A DNA stretch of 36,812 nt from Microbacterium sp. (lineage in GTDB: Bacteria; Actinomycetota; Actinomycetes; Actinomycetales; Microbacteriaceae). The stretch is from positions 1-36,812 of the forward strand of contig DAMDKH010000004.1 of NCBI GenBank assembly GCA_032099965.1. The letters are read 5' to 3'. The notes under the pieces are model-generated. The model searched no databases and was not told the origin of the DNA. It worked only from the letters and a program-made list of their open reading frames with translations. The stretch's first letter is position 1. Every line of letters begins with the position of its first letter. Shown piece by piece: positions 26,984-36,812 of the stretch. The translations under genes were made by a program, and so were the position numbers.

Positions 26984-27583
26984 ATGCCCCTGATTGCCCT
27001 CACCGGTGGAATCGCCTCCGGCAAGTCCACGATCGCGCGACGGCTGGCGTCGCTCGGAGCGACCGTCGTCGACGCGGATCAGATCGTACGGGAGGTGCAG
27101 GCTCCCGGCTCGCCGGTGCTCGCGCAGATCGCGCAGACGTTCGGCGATGACGTCGTTGCGCCCGACGGTTCCCTGGATCGGGCGGCATTGGGAAAGAAGG
27201 TCTTCGGTGACCCGGAGCGCCTCGCGGCGCTCAACGCCATCGTGCATCCCGCCGTGCGGATCGAATCCGCCCGGCGCTTCGCCGAGGCACATGCGGCCGA
27301 GCCGGACGGGGTCGTGGTGTACGACGTCCCGTTGCTCGTCGAGGCGCGCGTGGACGACCCGTGGGATCTCATCGTCGTCGCACACGCACCGGAGCCGGAA
27401 CGCCTCCGACGGCTCGTGGATCTGCGCGGCCTCGACGCGGACGACGCGCAGAGGCGCATCGCGTCGCAGGTCACCGACGAACAGCGACTCGCGATCGCCG
27501 ACGTCGTGATCGAGACCGGGGGCACCCTCGCCGAGACGGACGCCCAGGTCGACGCCCTGTGGGAGCGGATCTCGCCGCTCTGA
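26984..27583 (+). CDS. coaE: Dephospho-CoA kinase
   Basis: IALTGGIASGKST, VDADQI, LDRAALG, NAIVHP, DVPLLVE. Confidence 0.96.
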   Translation: MPLIALTGGIASGKSTIARRLASLGATVVDADQIVREVQAPGSPVLAQIAQTFGDDVVAPDGSLDRAALGKKVFGDPERLAALNAIVHPAVRIESARRFAEAHAAEPDGVVVYDVPLLVEARVDDPWDLIVVAHAPEPERLRRLVDLRGLDADDAQRRIASQVTDEQRLAIADVVIETGGTLAETDAQVDALWERISPL

Positions 27584-27621
27584 GATGCCCGGCGTTCGCT
27601 CGCAGGGAAGACGGAGCCCGA

Positions 27622-27643
27622 TGTCGGTGACCCCGCCTACGCT
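27622..27643 (+). promoter_or_regulatory. PafBC/RecA-NDp-like promoter, leaderless, for uvrB
   Basis: TGTCGG(27622-27627)-TGACCCCGCC-TACGCT(27638-27643)-6 nt-ATG(27650). Confidence 0.8.
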
Positions 27644-27649
27644 GGACGT

Positions 27650-29722
27650 ATGCAGACCACCCGCAGCGTCCGTCCTTTCGAGGTCATCAGCGAGTACGCC
27701 CCGGCCGGCGATCAGCCGCAGGCGATCGCCGAACTCGCGCAGCGCATCAACGCCGGCGAGACCGACGTCGTGCTGCTGGGCGCCACCGGAACGGGAAAGT
27801 CGGCGACGACCGCGTGGTTGGTCGAGCAGGTGCAGCGACCGACGCTCGTCCTCGCGCACAACAAGACGCTGGCCGCACAGCTCGCCAACGAGTTCCGTGA
27901 ACTCATGCCGAACAACGCGGTCGAGTACTTCGTCTCGTACTACGACTACTACCAGCCCGAGGCCTACGTTCCGCAGACCGACACCTTCATCGAGAAGGAC
28001 TCGTCGATCAACGCCGAGGTCGAGCGCCTCCGCCACTCCACGACGAACTCGCTGCTCAGCCGTCGCGACGTGGTGGTCGTGTCCACGGTGTCCTGCATCT
28101 ACGGTCTCGGCGCGCCCGAGGAGTACCTCCGGGCGATGGTGGCCCTGCAGGTGGGGGAGCGGTACGACCGTGACGCACTCATCCGCCAGTTCATCGCCAT
28201 GCAGTACAACCGCAACGACGTCGACTTCTCGCGGGGCAATTTCCGCGTGCGCGGCGACACCATCGAGATCATCCCCGTGTACGAGGAGCATGCGATCCGC
28301 ATCGAGCTGTTCGGCGACGAGATCGAGGCGCTCTACTCCCTCCACCCGCTCACCGGCGAGATCATCGAGAAGCTCGATTCGGTGCCGATCTTCCCTGCGT
28401 CGCACTACGTCGCCGGTACCGACGTGATCCAGCGGTCGATCGGCACGATCGAACACGAACTCGAGGAACGACTCGCGGAGTTCGAACGTCAGGGCAAGCT
28501 GCTCGAGGCTCAGCGGCTGCGCATGCGCACGACGTTCGACCTCGAGATGCTTCAGCAGCTGGGCTTCTGCTCCGGCATCGAGAACTACTCCCGGCACATG
28601 GACGGTCGGATGCCCGGCGACCCTCCGCACACGCTGCTCGACTTCTTCCCGGACGACTTCCTGCTCGTCATCGACGAGTCGCACGTCACGGTCCCGCAGA
28701 TCGGTGCGATGTACGAGGGCGACGCTTCGCGGAAGCGCACACTGGTCGATCACGGGTTCCGGCTCCCCAGCGCGATGGACAACAGGCCGCTGCGCTGGGA
28801 CGAGTTCAAGAACCGCGTCGGTCAGACCGTGTACCTCTCCGCCACCCCCGGAAAGTACGAGATGGGTATCGCCGACGGCGTGGTCGAGCAGATCATCCGC
28901 CCAACGGGGCTCATCGACCCGGAGATCGTCGTCAAGCCATCGAAGGGTCAGATCGACGACCTGCTCGAGGAGATCCGGCTGCGGGTGGAGCGGGACGAAC
29001 GCGTCCTCGTCACGACCCTCACGAAGAAGATGGCCGAGGAGCTCACCGACTTCCTGGGCGAGCACGGCGTCCGTGTGCGTTACCTCCACTCCGACGTCGA
29101 CACGCTACGACGGGTCGAACTCCTCAGCGAGCTGCGGGCCGGCGTATACGACGTGCTCGTGGGCATCAACCTGCTCCGCGAAGGTCTGGACCTCCCGGAG
29201 GTCTCCCTCGTCGCCATCCTCGATGCCGACAAGGAGGGCTTCCTCCGCTCGGGCACTTCGCTCATCCAGACGATCGGCCGTGCGGCGCGAAACGTCTCGG
29301 GGCAGGTGCACATGTACGCCGACCGGATCACCGATTCGATGGCGAAAGCGATCGAGGAGACGGATCGGCGGCGCGAGAAGCAGGTCGCGTACAACACGGC
29401 GAACGGTATCGACCCGCAGCCTCTGCGCAAGCGCATCGCGGACATCACCGAGGTGCTCGCCCGCGAAGGTGCCGACACCAACGAGATGCTGTCGGGACGC
29501 GGCCGGGCCTCGGGCAAGGGGAAGTCACCCACGCCGAACCTCCGCCGCGGCGGCATTGCGGCCGAGGGAGCGCAGCAGCTTGAAGCGATGATCGAGGACC
29601 TCTCGAACCAGATGCTCGCGGCGGCGTCGGAGCTCAAGTTCGAATTGGCCGGCCGGCTCCGCGACGAGGTCCAGGACCTGAAGAAGGAGTTGCGGGCGAT
29701 CGAGCGCGCAGGACACGCCTGA
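27650..29722 (+). CDS. uvrB: Excinuclease ABC subunit B
   Basis: [27 protein letters not shown] beta-hairpin, [13 protein letters not shown] and a C-terminal UVR domain. Confidence 0.98.
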   Translation: MQTTRSVRPFEVISEYAPAGDQPQAIAELAQRINAGETDVVLLGATGTGKSATTAWLVEQVQRPTLVLAHNKTLAAQLANEFRELMPNNAVEYFVSYYDYYQPEAYVPQTDTFIEKDSSINAEVERLRHSTTNSLLSRRDVVVVSTVSCIYGLGAPEEYLRAMVALQVGERYDRDALIRQFIAMQYNRNDVDFSRGNFRVRGDTIEIIPVYEEHAIRIELFGDEIEALYSLHPLTGEIIEKLDSVPIFPASHYVAGTDVIQRSIGTIEHELEERLAEFERQGKLLEAQRLRMRTTFDLEMLQQLGFCSGIENYSRHMDGRMPGDPPHTLLDFFPDDFLLVIDESHVTVPQIGAMYEGDASRKRTLVDHGFRLPSAMDNRPLRWDEFKNRVGQTVYLSATPGKYEMGIADGVVEQIIRPTGLIDPEIVVKPSKGQIDDLLEEIRLRVERDERVLVTTLTKKMAEELTDFLGEHGVRVRYLHSDVDTLRRVELLSELRAGVYDVLVGINLLREGLDLPEVSLVAILDADKEGFLRSGTSLIQTIGRAARNVSGQVHMYADRITDSMAKAIEETDRRREKQVAYNTANGIDPQPLRKRIADITEVLAREGADTNEMLSGRGRASGKGKSPTPNLRRGGIAAEGAQQLEAMIEDLSNQMLAAASELKFELAGRLRDEVQDLKKELRAIERAGHA

Positions 29723-29754
29723 CCGAGCGGGCCACCACGGGTGAGGTCGTCGGC

Positions 29755-29997
29755 TCAGGGGCAGTGGATCAGCGGTTTGGGCCCCGAGCGGTCGATCTCA
29801 TGCGCGGACATCGGTGCGCCGCACAGCGGGCAGGCGCGTTCGGCGCGCTCGGCGGCCGTGGGGGGCGGAGTCTTCTCGTAGGGCCCCACGGATGCAGGGC
29901 CGGCGAACCGGATCAGGTTCGTATTGACCCACGCGTACAATCCACCCGCCTCACGGATCCGTTCCCGGAGCGGGGGGCGCTTTCCTTCTTCGGTCAT
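29755..29997 (-). CDS. Small hypothetical protein (80 aa) with CPLC-X6-H...HC putative metal-binding motif
   Basis: MTEEGKRPP...FAGPASVG...RACPLCGAPMSAHEIDRSGPKPLIHCP. A -10 TACACT lies 7 nt before the ATG. It fills the gap between uvrB and the MarR gene. Confidence 0.75.
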   Translation of the reverse strand: MTEEGKRPPLRERIREAGGLYAWVNTNLIRFAGPASVGPYEKTPPPTAAERAERACPLCGAPMSAHEIDRSGPKPLIHCP

Positions 29998-30002
29998 ATT
30001 CC

Positions 30003-30021
30003 TTAGTGTACTAATCATTAG
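30003..30021. promoter_or_regulatory. AT-rich palindromes (putative MarR operator) overlapping the divergent promoter region
   Basis: TTAGT-GT-ACTAA (30003-30014) and CTAAT-C-ATTAG (30011-30021). Minus-strand -10 TACACT at 30010-30005, plus-strand -10 TATAGT at 30030-30035. Confidence 0.6.
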
Positions 30022-30041
30022 GGTCGCTGTATAGTGACCGC

Positions 30042-30485
30042 GTGACCTCCGACGACGACCTGCTGCGCCTCGAGAATCAGCTCTGCTTCGCGGTGGTCAC
30101 CGCCGCGCGCAACGTGGTGGCGATCTATCGTCCGATCCTGGAACCGCTCGGACTGACGCACCCTCAGTATCTGGTGATGCTCGCGCTCTGGGAGCGGTCG
30201 CCGCGCACCCTCGGAGACCTCGCGGCCGATCTCGCTCTGGAGCCGGCCACGGCGTCGCCCCTGGTCAAGCGTCTCGAGTCGGACGGGCTGGTGGTGCGGC
30301 GTCGGAGCGATGCGGATGAGCGTCGTCTCGAGATCGCGCTCACCGAGGCGGGCAGCGCGCTGCGCGAACGGGCCGTCGATGTGCCGCGGAGGGTGATGGC
30401 GGCAGTGGGGATGGGTGTCGACGAGATCGCCGCCCTCCGTGCCGGTCTCGGCGCTTTCGCGGGTCGCCGCCTCGGAGAGGGCTGA
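30042..30485 (+). CDS. MarR-family regulator, OhrR-like (single N-terminal Cys)
   Basis: LENQLCF...YRPILEPLGLTHPQYLVMLALWE...LVKRLE..GLV.RRRS.ADERRL.I.LTEAG. Confidence 0.9.
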   Translation: MTSDDDLLRLENQLCFAVVTAARNVVAIYRPILEPLGLTHPQYLVMLALWERSPRTLGDLAADLALEPATASPLVKRLESDGLVVRRRSDADERRLEIALTEAGSALRERAVDVPRRVMAAVGMGVDEIAALRAGLGAFAGRRLGEG

Positions 30486-30508
30486 GCGTCGGGCGTGCGC
30501 GGAGCCAA

Positions 30509-30530
30509 TGTCCGTGGCCCCTCGTAGACT
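30509..30530 (+). promoter_or_regulatory. PafBC/RecA-NDp-like promoter, leaderless, for uvrA(-uvrC)
   Basis: TGTCCG(30509-30514)-TGGCCCCTCG-TAGACT(30525-30530)-6 nt-GTG(30537). Confidence 0.7.
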
Positions 30531-30536
30531 TGTCCG

Positions 30537-33425
30537 GTGCCCATCGTCCCTGTTGCCTCCCCCGGAAAATTGAGTGTCCGCGGTTCCCGCGTGCACAACC
30601 TCAAGAACGTCGACATCGACATCCCGCGCGACTCCCTCGTCGTGTTCACGGGCCTGTCGGGGTCCGGCAAGTCGAGCCTCGCGTTCGACACGATCTTCGC
30701 CGAGGGCCAGCGTCGATACGTCGAGTCGCTGAGCGCCTACGCGCGGCAGTTCCTCGGCCAGGTCGATCGCCCCGACGTCGACTTCATCGAGGGACTCAGC
30801 CCCGCGGTGTCCATCGACCAGAAGTCGACGAACCGCAACCCTCGCTCGACCGTCGGCACGATCACCGAGATCTACGACTACATGCGTCTCCTCTGGGCGC
30901 GCATCGGTGTGCCCCACTGCCCCGAGTGCGGCGAGAAGATCCAGCGGCAGACGGTGCAGCAGATCGCCGATCAGCTCATGGAGCTGCCCGAGCGCACCCG
31001 TTACCAGATCGTCGCTCCCGTCGTCTCGCAGAAGAAGGGCGAATTCGTCGACCTGTTCCGCGAGCTCGGAGCGAAGGGATACTCCCGGGCGATCGTCGAC
31101 GGAGACCTCGTCCAGCTCGCCGAGCCGCCCACGCTCAAGAAGAGTTACAAGCACGACATCGCCGTCGTCGTCGACCGCCTGGTCGCCTCCGACGACATCC
31201 TCGGCCGCGTCACCGACTCCGTCGAGACCGCGCTCGGCCTCGCCGGCGGCGTCGTTCAGGTCAACTTCGTCGATGAGGAGGGAGACGCCGCCTGGCAGTC
31301 GTTCTCCGAGAAGCTGGCCTGCCCCAACGGGCACGCGCTCACGCTCACCGAGATCGAGCCCCGCACCTTCTCGTTCAACGCCCCGTTCGGCGCCTGCCCT
31401 GCATGCTCCGGACTCGGTACGCGGATGTCCGTCGACGTCGATCTCATGCTGGGCGACGAAGAGCTGTCGATCCGCGAGGGCGTGATCATCCCGTGGACCA
31501 CCCAGGGGAAGGGCCTCTTCCAGTACTACGAGCGCCTGCTCGAGGGGCTCTCTCGCGATCTGAAGTTCTCGCTCGACACCCCCTGGCGCAAACTCCACCC
31601 CGACGTGCAGGACGCCGTTCTCCGAGGAGAGAACTACAAGGTCACGGTCAAGTGGAAGAACCGCTACGGCCGCGAGATGCGTTACGCATCCGGCTTCGAG
31701 GGTGTGGTGCCCTACATCGAGCGTCAGTACCTGCAGGCCGAGTCCGACACGCAGCGCGCGCGTTGGGGCGAGTACCTCCGCGAGGTGCCCTGCCCGGTGT
31801 GCAACGGCGACCGGCTCAAGCCCGAGGTCCTCGCCGTGCAGGTGCATGGCCACTCCATCGCCGAGGTCTCGCACCTGAGCCTCACCGATGCGCGGGCCTT
31901 CATGGAGACGCTCACGCTCACCGACCGCGAGGCGAAGATCGCCGCGCAGGTCCTGCGCGAGATCCGACTCCGCCTCGACTTCCTGCTGCAGGTGGGGCTC
32001 TCTTACCTGAACCTCAGCCGGTCCGCCGGATCGCTCTCCGGTGGCGAGGCTCAGCGCATCCGGCTCGCCACGCAGATCGGATCCGGTCTGACGGGGGTGC
32101 TCTACGTGTTGGACGAGCCCTCGATCGGGCTGCACCAGCGCGACAACCGCCGGCTGATCAACACGCTCATCAAGCTCCGCGACCTGGGGAACACGCTCAT
32201 CGTCGTCGAGCATGACGAAGAGACCATCGAGGCGGCCGACTGGGTGGTCGACATCGGACCCGGGGCGGGAGTGAACGGCGGCGAGGTCGTGCACTCGGGT
32301 CCCTACGAGGCGCTCCTGGCCGATCGATCGTCGATGACGGGCGAGTACCTGTCCGGCCGTCGTGAGATCCCCACTCCCGCGAAGCGACGCAAGCTCGACC
32401 GCAAGCGCATGCTCAGCGTCATCGGCGCCCGCGAGAACAACCTCAAGAACGTCGACGCGAGCTTCCCGCTCGGGGTGCTCACCGCCGTGACCGGGGTGAG
32501 CGGCTCCGGGAAGTCGTCCCTCGTGAACGACATCCTGTACCAGGTGCTGGCCTCGCGTCTCAACGGGGCGCGGACCGTCCCGGGGAAGCACACCCGCGTC
32601 ACCGGCCTCGACAACCTCGACAAGGTCGTGCACGTCGATCAGGCACCGATCGGGCGCACCCCGAGGTCGAACCCCGCGACCTACACCGGTGTGTTCGACC
32701 GCATCCGCACGCTTTTCAGCGAGACTCCCGAGGCGAAGGTGCGCGGCTACCAGCCCGGGCGGTTCAGCTTCAACGTCAAGGGCGGCCGGTGCGAGGCATG
32801 CTCCGGAGACGGCACGATCAAGATCGAGATGAACTTCCTCCCCGACGTGTACGTCGACTGCGAGGTCTGTCACGGCAAGCGGTACAACCGCGACACCTTG
32901 GCCGTTCACTACAAGGGCAAGAACATCGCCGAGGTGCTGGAGATGCCCATCGAGGAGGCCGCGGAGTTCTTCGAGCCGATCCAGGCGATCCACCGGTACA
33001 TGAAGACCCTCGTCGACGTGGGCCTCGGCTACGTGCGGCTCGGTCAGTCGGCGACCACTCTCTCGGGTGGCGAGGCGCAGCGCGTCAAGCTCGCGACCGA
33101 GCTTCAGCGTCGGAGCAACGGACGCAGCATCTATGTGCTCGACGAGCCGACCACCGGTCTGCACTTCGAGGACGTGCGCAAACTGCTCGAGGTTCTCAAC
33201 GGCCTGGTCGACAAGGGCAACACGGTGATCGTCATCGAGCACAACCTCGACGTGATCAAGTCCGCCGACTGGGTGATCGACCTCGGGCCGGAGGGAGGTT
33301 CCGGGGGCGGTGAGATCGTGGCGACGGGAACTCCCGAGCAGATCGCGCAGGTCGAGGAGAGCCACACCGGCCAGTTCCTCGCCGAGATCCTCGGAGACGG
33401 GCGCACGGCGCGCAAGGCCAGCTGA
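30537..33425 (+). CDS. uvrA: Excinuclease ABC subunit A
   Basis: Two Walker A motifs ([18 protein letters not shown]), two LSGGEAQR signatures and CxxC zinc fingers. Confidence 0.98.
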   Translation: MPIVPVASPGKLSVRGSRVHNLKNVDIDIPRDSLVVFTGLSGSGKSSLAFDTIFAEGQRRYVESLSAYARQFLGQVDRPDVDFIEGLSPAVSIDQKSTNRNPRSTVGTITEIYDYMRLLWARIGVPHCPECGEKIQRQTVQQIADQLMELPERTRYQIVAPVVSQKKGEFVDLFRELGAKGYSRAIVDGDLVQLAEPPTLKKSYKHDIAVVVDRLVASDDILGRVTDSVETALGLAGGVVQVNFVDEEGDAAWQSFSEKLACPNGHALTLTEIEPRTFSFNAPFGACPACSGLGTRMSVDVDLMLGDEELSIREGVIIPWTTQGKGLFQYYERLLEGLSRDLKFSLDTPWRKLHPDVQDAVLRGENYKVTVKWKNRYGREMRYASGFEGVVPYIERQYLQAESDTQRARWGEYLREVPCPVCNGDRLKPEVLAVQVHGHSIAEVSHLSLTDARAFMETLTLTDREAKIAAQVLREIRLRLDFLLQVGLSYLNLSRSAGSLSGGEAQRIRLATQIGSGLTGVLYVLDEPSIGLHQRDNRRLINTLIKLRDLGNTLIVVEHDEETIEAADWVVDIGPGAGVNGGEVVHSGPYEALLADRSSMTGEYLSGRREIPTPAKRRKLDRKRMLSVIGARENNLKNVDASFPLGVLTAVTGVSGSGKSSLVNDILYQVLASRLNGARTVPGKHTRVTGLDNLDKVVHVDQAPIGRTPRSNPATYTGVFDRIRTLFSETPEAKVRGYQPGRFSFNVKGGRCEACSGDGTIKIEMNFLPDVYVDCEVCHGKRYNRDTLAVHYKGKNIAEVLEMPIEEAAEFFEPIQAIHRYMKTLVDVGLGYVRLGQSATTLSGGEAQRVKLATELQRRSNGRSIYVLDEPTTGLHFEDVRKLLEVLNGLVDKGNTVIVIEHNLDVIKSADWVIDLGPEGGSGGGEIVATGTPEQIAQVEESHTGQFLAEILGDGRTARKAS

Positions 33426-35410
33426 TGGCCGACGTCCTTCCGTATCGACCGAGGACGGGGGAGATCCCCACCGACCCGGGCGTCTACCGCTTCCGCGATG
33501 CGAACGGGCGCGTGCTGTACGTCGGAAAGGCGAAGAACCTCCGACAGAGACTGTCGAACTACTTCGCCCCGTTGCGGACCCTGCACGAGCGCACGCGGCG
33601 CATGGTGACCACGGCTGCGTCCGTCGAATGGACGGTCGTGCCGACCGACATCGACTCGCTGCAGCTCGAGTACATGTGGATCAAGGAGTTCGATCCGCCG
33701 TTCAACGTCCGCTACAAGGACGACAAGTCCTACCCGTTCATGGCGGTGACGCTCGCCGACGAGGCGCCGCGGGTGATCGTCACCCGTAACCGGCGTATCC
33801 CCGGGGCGCGCTACTTCGGTCCGTACCCGAAGGTCTGGGCGGTGCACGAGACGATCGACCTGATGATCAAGGCGTTCCCCATCCGCACGTGCAGCGACGC
33901 CAGCTACAAGCGCGCCATGCAGACCGGACGCCCGTGCTTCCCCGGGCAGATCGGCAAGTGCGGGGGACCGTGCTCGATGACCGTGAGCATCGAGGAGCAC
34001 CGGGCGATGGTGAACGACTTCGTCGCCTTCATGGCCGGGGGAGACGAGCGGTTCGCCCGCGATCTCCGGAGGAGGATGCTCGACGCATCGGCCGCCATGG
34101 ACTACGAGGCCGCGGCGAAGTACCGCGACAAGCTGACGGCGATCGAAGCGGTGCTCGGCAAGAGCGCGCTCGTGCTGCCGGCGGACGAGGATGCGGATCT
34201 CTTCGGCATCGCGGAGGACGAGCTCGCCGCATCGGTGCAGCACTTCGTCGTGCGGGGCGGACGCGTGCGCGCTGTCCGCGCCACCACGATCGAGAAGGAG
34301 CTCGACATCTCCGGCGCTGATCTCGTCGACCAGGTGCTTCAGCGCGCGTACGGCGACGCCCCCGACGTCCCCCGCCGCATCCTCGTGCCCGTGATGCCGG
34401 ACGACGCGCCCGAGCTGGAGGAGTGGCTGCGCGAGCGCCGAGGCAAGAAGGTCGAGATCGCGGTCGCCCAGCGCGGCCAGCGCGCCGACCTCATGCGCAC
34501 CGCCACGCTGAACGCCCAACAGGCCCTCATCCGCCACAAGACGCGGCGCACGAGCGACTACGTGGCGCGGACGCAGGCGCTGACCGACCTGCAGGAAGCG
34601 CTCGGCATGGACGAGGCGCCCCTGCGCATCGAGTGCTTCGACATCTCCCACCTGGGAGGGACGAATGTGGTCGCGTCGATGGTGGTCTTCGAAGACGGCC
34701 TGCCGCGCAAGGATCAGTACCGCTCGTTCAACATCCCGGAGACGACCGACGACACCGATTCGATGTACCAGGTCCTGCGGCGACGGCTCGCGTATCTCGA
34801 CCGGCCCGATGCCGACGACGACGTGGTGGATGCCGTCGGCGACCTGCCGGCGGGGGAGCGGGACGCCGCCGTGAGTGACCCCTTGCGTGCGATCGACGCG
34901 GCGGCCGACGTGCTCCGCGCCGGGTCGTCCGACGAAGTGGTGGTGACGACGCCCGCACGGAAGAAGCCGAGGTTCGCCTACCGTCCCCAGTTGCTCCTGG
35001 TCGACGGCGGGCAGCCGCAGGTCGAAGCCGCCGCGCGCGCACTCCGCGACGCCGGGCATTCGGAGATCGCGGTGTGCGGTATCGCCAAGCGTCTCGAAGA
35101 GGTCTGGCTGCCGGGCGACGACTTCCCGGTGATCCTCCCGCGCACGAGCGAGGCGCTGTACCTGCTGCAGCGGTTGCGTGACGAGGCCCACCGCTTCGCC
35201 ATCACGCACCAGCGCAAGCGGCGCCGCAACGACATCACCACGATCCTCGCCGAGGTGCCGGGACTCGGGACTTCGCGCATCAAGGTCCTCCTCAAGCACT
35301 TCGGCTCGGTGACCGCGCTGCGGGGTGCCGCCCCTGAGGAGATCGAAGAGGTGCCGGGGATCGGCCCGGTGCTCGCTCGGAACATCCACACGCACCTCGC
35401 CAGTCGATAG
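33425..35410 (+). CDS. uvrC: Excinuclease ABC subunit C
   Basis: [47 protein letters not shown] and HhH. TGATG overlap with uvrA. Confidence 0.97.
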   Translation: MADVLPYRPRTGEIPTDPGVYRFRDANGRVLYVGKAKNLRQRLSNYFAPLRTLHERTRRMVTTAASVEWTVVPTDIDSLQLEYMWIKEFDPPFNVRYKDDKSYPFMAVTLADEAPRVIVTRNRRIPGARYFGPYPKVWAVHETIDLMIKAFPIRTCSDASYKRAMQTGRPCFPGQIGKCGGPCSMTVSIEEHRAMVNDFVAFMAGGDERFARDLRRRMLDASAAMDYEAAAKYRDKLTAIEAVLGKSALVLPADEDADLFGIAEDELAASVQHFVVRGGRVRAVRATTIEKELDISGADLVDQVLQRAYGDAPDVPRRILVPVMPDDAPELEEWLRERRGKKVEIAVAQRGQRADLMRTATLNAQQALIRHKTRRTSDYVARTQALTDLQEALGMDEAPLRIECFDISHLGGTNVVASMVVFEDGLPRKDQYRSFNIPETTDDTDSMYQVLRRRLAYLDRPDADDDVVDAVGDLPAGERDAAVSDPLRAIDAAADVLRAGSSDEVVVTTPARKKPRFAYRPQLLLVDGGQPQVEAAARALRDAGHSEIAVCGIAKRLEEVWLPGDDFPVILPRTSEALYLLQRLRDEAHRFAITHQRKRRRNDITTILAEVPGLGTSRIKVLLKHFGSVTALRGAAPEEIEEVPGIGPVLARNIHTHLASR

Positions 35411-35443
35411 GCTGGAGATCCACGCGAAAGGGAGCATGGTGCG

Positions 35444-36316
35444 ATGACCGAGTCCGAGCAGGGCGAATTCCTCATCGTCACGGGCATGTCCGGTGCCGGG
35501 CGTACGACGGTCGCCAACGCCCTGGAGGATCTGGGCTGGTACGTCGTCGACAACCTCCCTCCGCAGATCCTGCGGCCCCTCATCGACCTCACCGACATGG
35601 GAGGCGCTGCGCTGCCCAAGGTCGCCGCCGTCGTCGATGTGCGTGGCGGCAGCCTGTTCGACGACTTCCCGGAAGTGGCGAGACTGCTGCGCTCGCGCGG
35701 ATCGGTCCGGGTGCTGTTCCTCGAGGCGTCCGACGACGTGCTCGTCCGGCGTTTCGAAGCCGTACGTCGGCCGCACCCTCTGCAGGGCGGCGGCACTCTT
35801 CTCGACGGCATCCGGACGGAGCGTGCACGCCTCGCCCCGATCCACGAGTCGGCCGACATGGTGATCGACACGTCGAGCTCCAACATCCACCAGCTCGCGA
35901 CCCAGGTCTCCGAGCTGTTCTCGGACGAGGGGCAGGCGCGGCACCGGGTGACGCTGTTGAGCTTCGGCTTCAAGTACGGTCTCCCCACCGACGTCGACCT
36001 CGTCGCCGACATGCGGTTCCTGCCCAATCCGTTCTGGAACGAGGAGCTCCGCGGACTCACAGGGCAGGACGAGGCGGTGCGCGACTACGTGCTGTCCCGC
36101 GAGGGGGCCGCGGACTTCCTCGAGGCGTATGCCACCGCTCTCGTCCCCGTGCTGGAGGGGTATCAGCGCGAGAACAAGAGCCACTCCACCATCGCGGTCG
36201 GCTGCACGGGTGGGAAGCACCGCTCCGTGGCGATGTCCGAAGAGCTCGCACGCCGACTCGCGGCGATCCCGGGCGTGGCCGTGAGCGTGCGTCACCGCGA
36301 CCTCGGGCGCGAGTAG
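35444..36316 (+). CDS. rapZ: RNase adapter RapZ / YvcJ-family P-loop protein
   Basis: IVTGMSGAGRT, VVDNLPP, VDVRG, RRPHPL, SFGFKYG, DMRFLPNP, GCTGGKHRSV. Confidence 0.95.
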   Translation: MTESEQGEFLIVTGMSGAGRTTVANALEDLGWYVVDNLPPQILRPLIDLTDMGGAALPKVAAVVDVRGGSLFDDFPEVARLLRSRGSVRVLFLEASDDVLVRRFEAVRRPHPLQGGGTLLDGIRTERARLAPIHESADMVIDTSSSNIHQLATQVSELFSDEGQARHRVTLLSFGFKYGLPTDVDLVADMRFLPNPFWNEELRGLTGQDEAVRDYVLSREGAADFLEAYATALVPVLEGYQRENKSHSTIAVGCTGGKHRSVAMSEELARRLAAIPGVAVSVRHRDLGRE

Positions 36317-36383
36317 GGGAGCCGTCAGCCGGTAAGCTGGACGTTTGCGTCGCGACCCGGCGCGTGAACGGAGAAGGAGTCTC

Positions 36384-36812
36384 GTGGCACTCACCACCGA
36401 CGTCAAGGCAGAGCTCGTCAGCATCCGGAATGCGCCCCCCACGGTGCGCGTGTCCGAAGTGACCGCCATCCTCCGGTTCGCCGGCGGGCTCCACTCGATC
36501 GCCGGTCGTGTGGCCGTCGAGGCCGAGGTCGACGCCGAGACCCTGGCGCGACGCGTCGCCCGCGACCTCGCCGAGATCTACGGCGTGCGTCCCGAGATCG
36601 CCCAGGTGCAGTCGAGCACCGCCAACGACGGTGCCCGGTGGGCCGTGCGCGTCATCGACTCCGGGGAGACGCTCGCCCGCCAGACGGGGCTGCTCGATCA
36701 GCGTCGCCGTCCGGTCCGCGGGCTCCCGAACCGCCTGACGACGGGCTCCCGCTCGGAGCTCGCCGGCCTGTGGCGCGGCGCCTTCCTGGCCGCCGGCTCG
36801 CTCAGCGAGCCG
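36384..36812 (+). CDS. whiA: DNA-binding protein WhiA (3' end outside the window)
   Basis: GTG after SD GAAGGAG. Reads MALTTDVKAEL...EVTAILRFAGGLH...VEAEVD...LARQTGLLD...PVRGLP...WRGAFLAAGSL. A -10 TAAGCT lies at 36333-36338. Confidence 0.93.
   Translation, partial: MALTTDVKAELVSIRNAPPTVRVSEVTAILRFAGGLHSIAGRVAVEAEVDAETLARRVARDLAEIYGVRPEIAQVQSSTANDGARWAVRVIDSGETLARQTGLLDQRRRPVRGLPNRLTTGSRSELAGLWRGAFLAAGSLSEP

Noticed and set aside
30018..36469. Very long antisense ORFs (30018-33365 and 33131-36469; likewise 1831-4470, 12933-16211, 25360-27030, 26759-29089)
   Set aside because: These are shadow ORFs opposite well-conserved genes. High-GC codon bias removes antisense stop codons, and the translations have no recognisable motifs.
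1..36812. Mobile elements, prophage, CRISPR, tRNA/rRNA, defence systems
   Set aside because: I found no transposase or integrase ORFs, repeat-spacer arrays, cloverleaf-like sequences or extended low-GC islands. Intergenic gaps are all under about 210 nt.

Overview
High-GC actinobacterial core-chromosome segment. Gene content and order suggest Microbacteriaceae, probably Microbacterium (inference). Order: divIVA (3' end)-lspA-rluA-GNAT-dnaE1-membrane hypothetical-hisD-nrdR-pyrD >< DUF3043 <> M20 dipeptidase-erpA-ctaC-ctaD-ctaF >< rhodanese, GNAT, Rid, qcrB-qcrA-qcrC-ctaE <> trpD-PHP (truncated PolX-like) >< 5'-3' exonuclease <> rpsA-coaE-uvrB >< 80-aa CxxC protein <> OhrR-like MarR-uvrA-uvrC-rapZ-whiA (5' end). 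I saw no mobile element, CRISPR, tRNA or rRNA. The most interesting signals are mostly regulatory. (1) Five copies of a TGTC(G/C)G-N10-(T/C/G)ANNNT motif, matching the PafBC/RecA-NDp LexA-independent DNA-damage promoter, precede apparently leaderless uvrA, uvrB and the flap nuclease, and unexpectedly dnaE1 and an uncharacterised GNAT. (2) A 1-Cys OhrR-like regulator with altered pocket residues is divergently paired with a small CxxC/H/C protein instead of ohr, across AT-rich palindromes. (3) DtxR/IdeR-like boxes occur at both respiratory operons. (4) There is a bidirectional overlapping -10 promoter, and three stop codons double as -10 boxes. All functional calls come from motif recognition by eye; no database searches were run.
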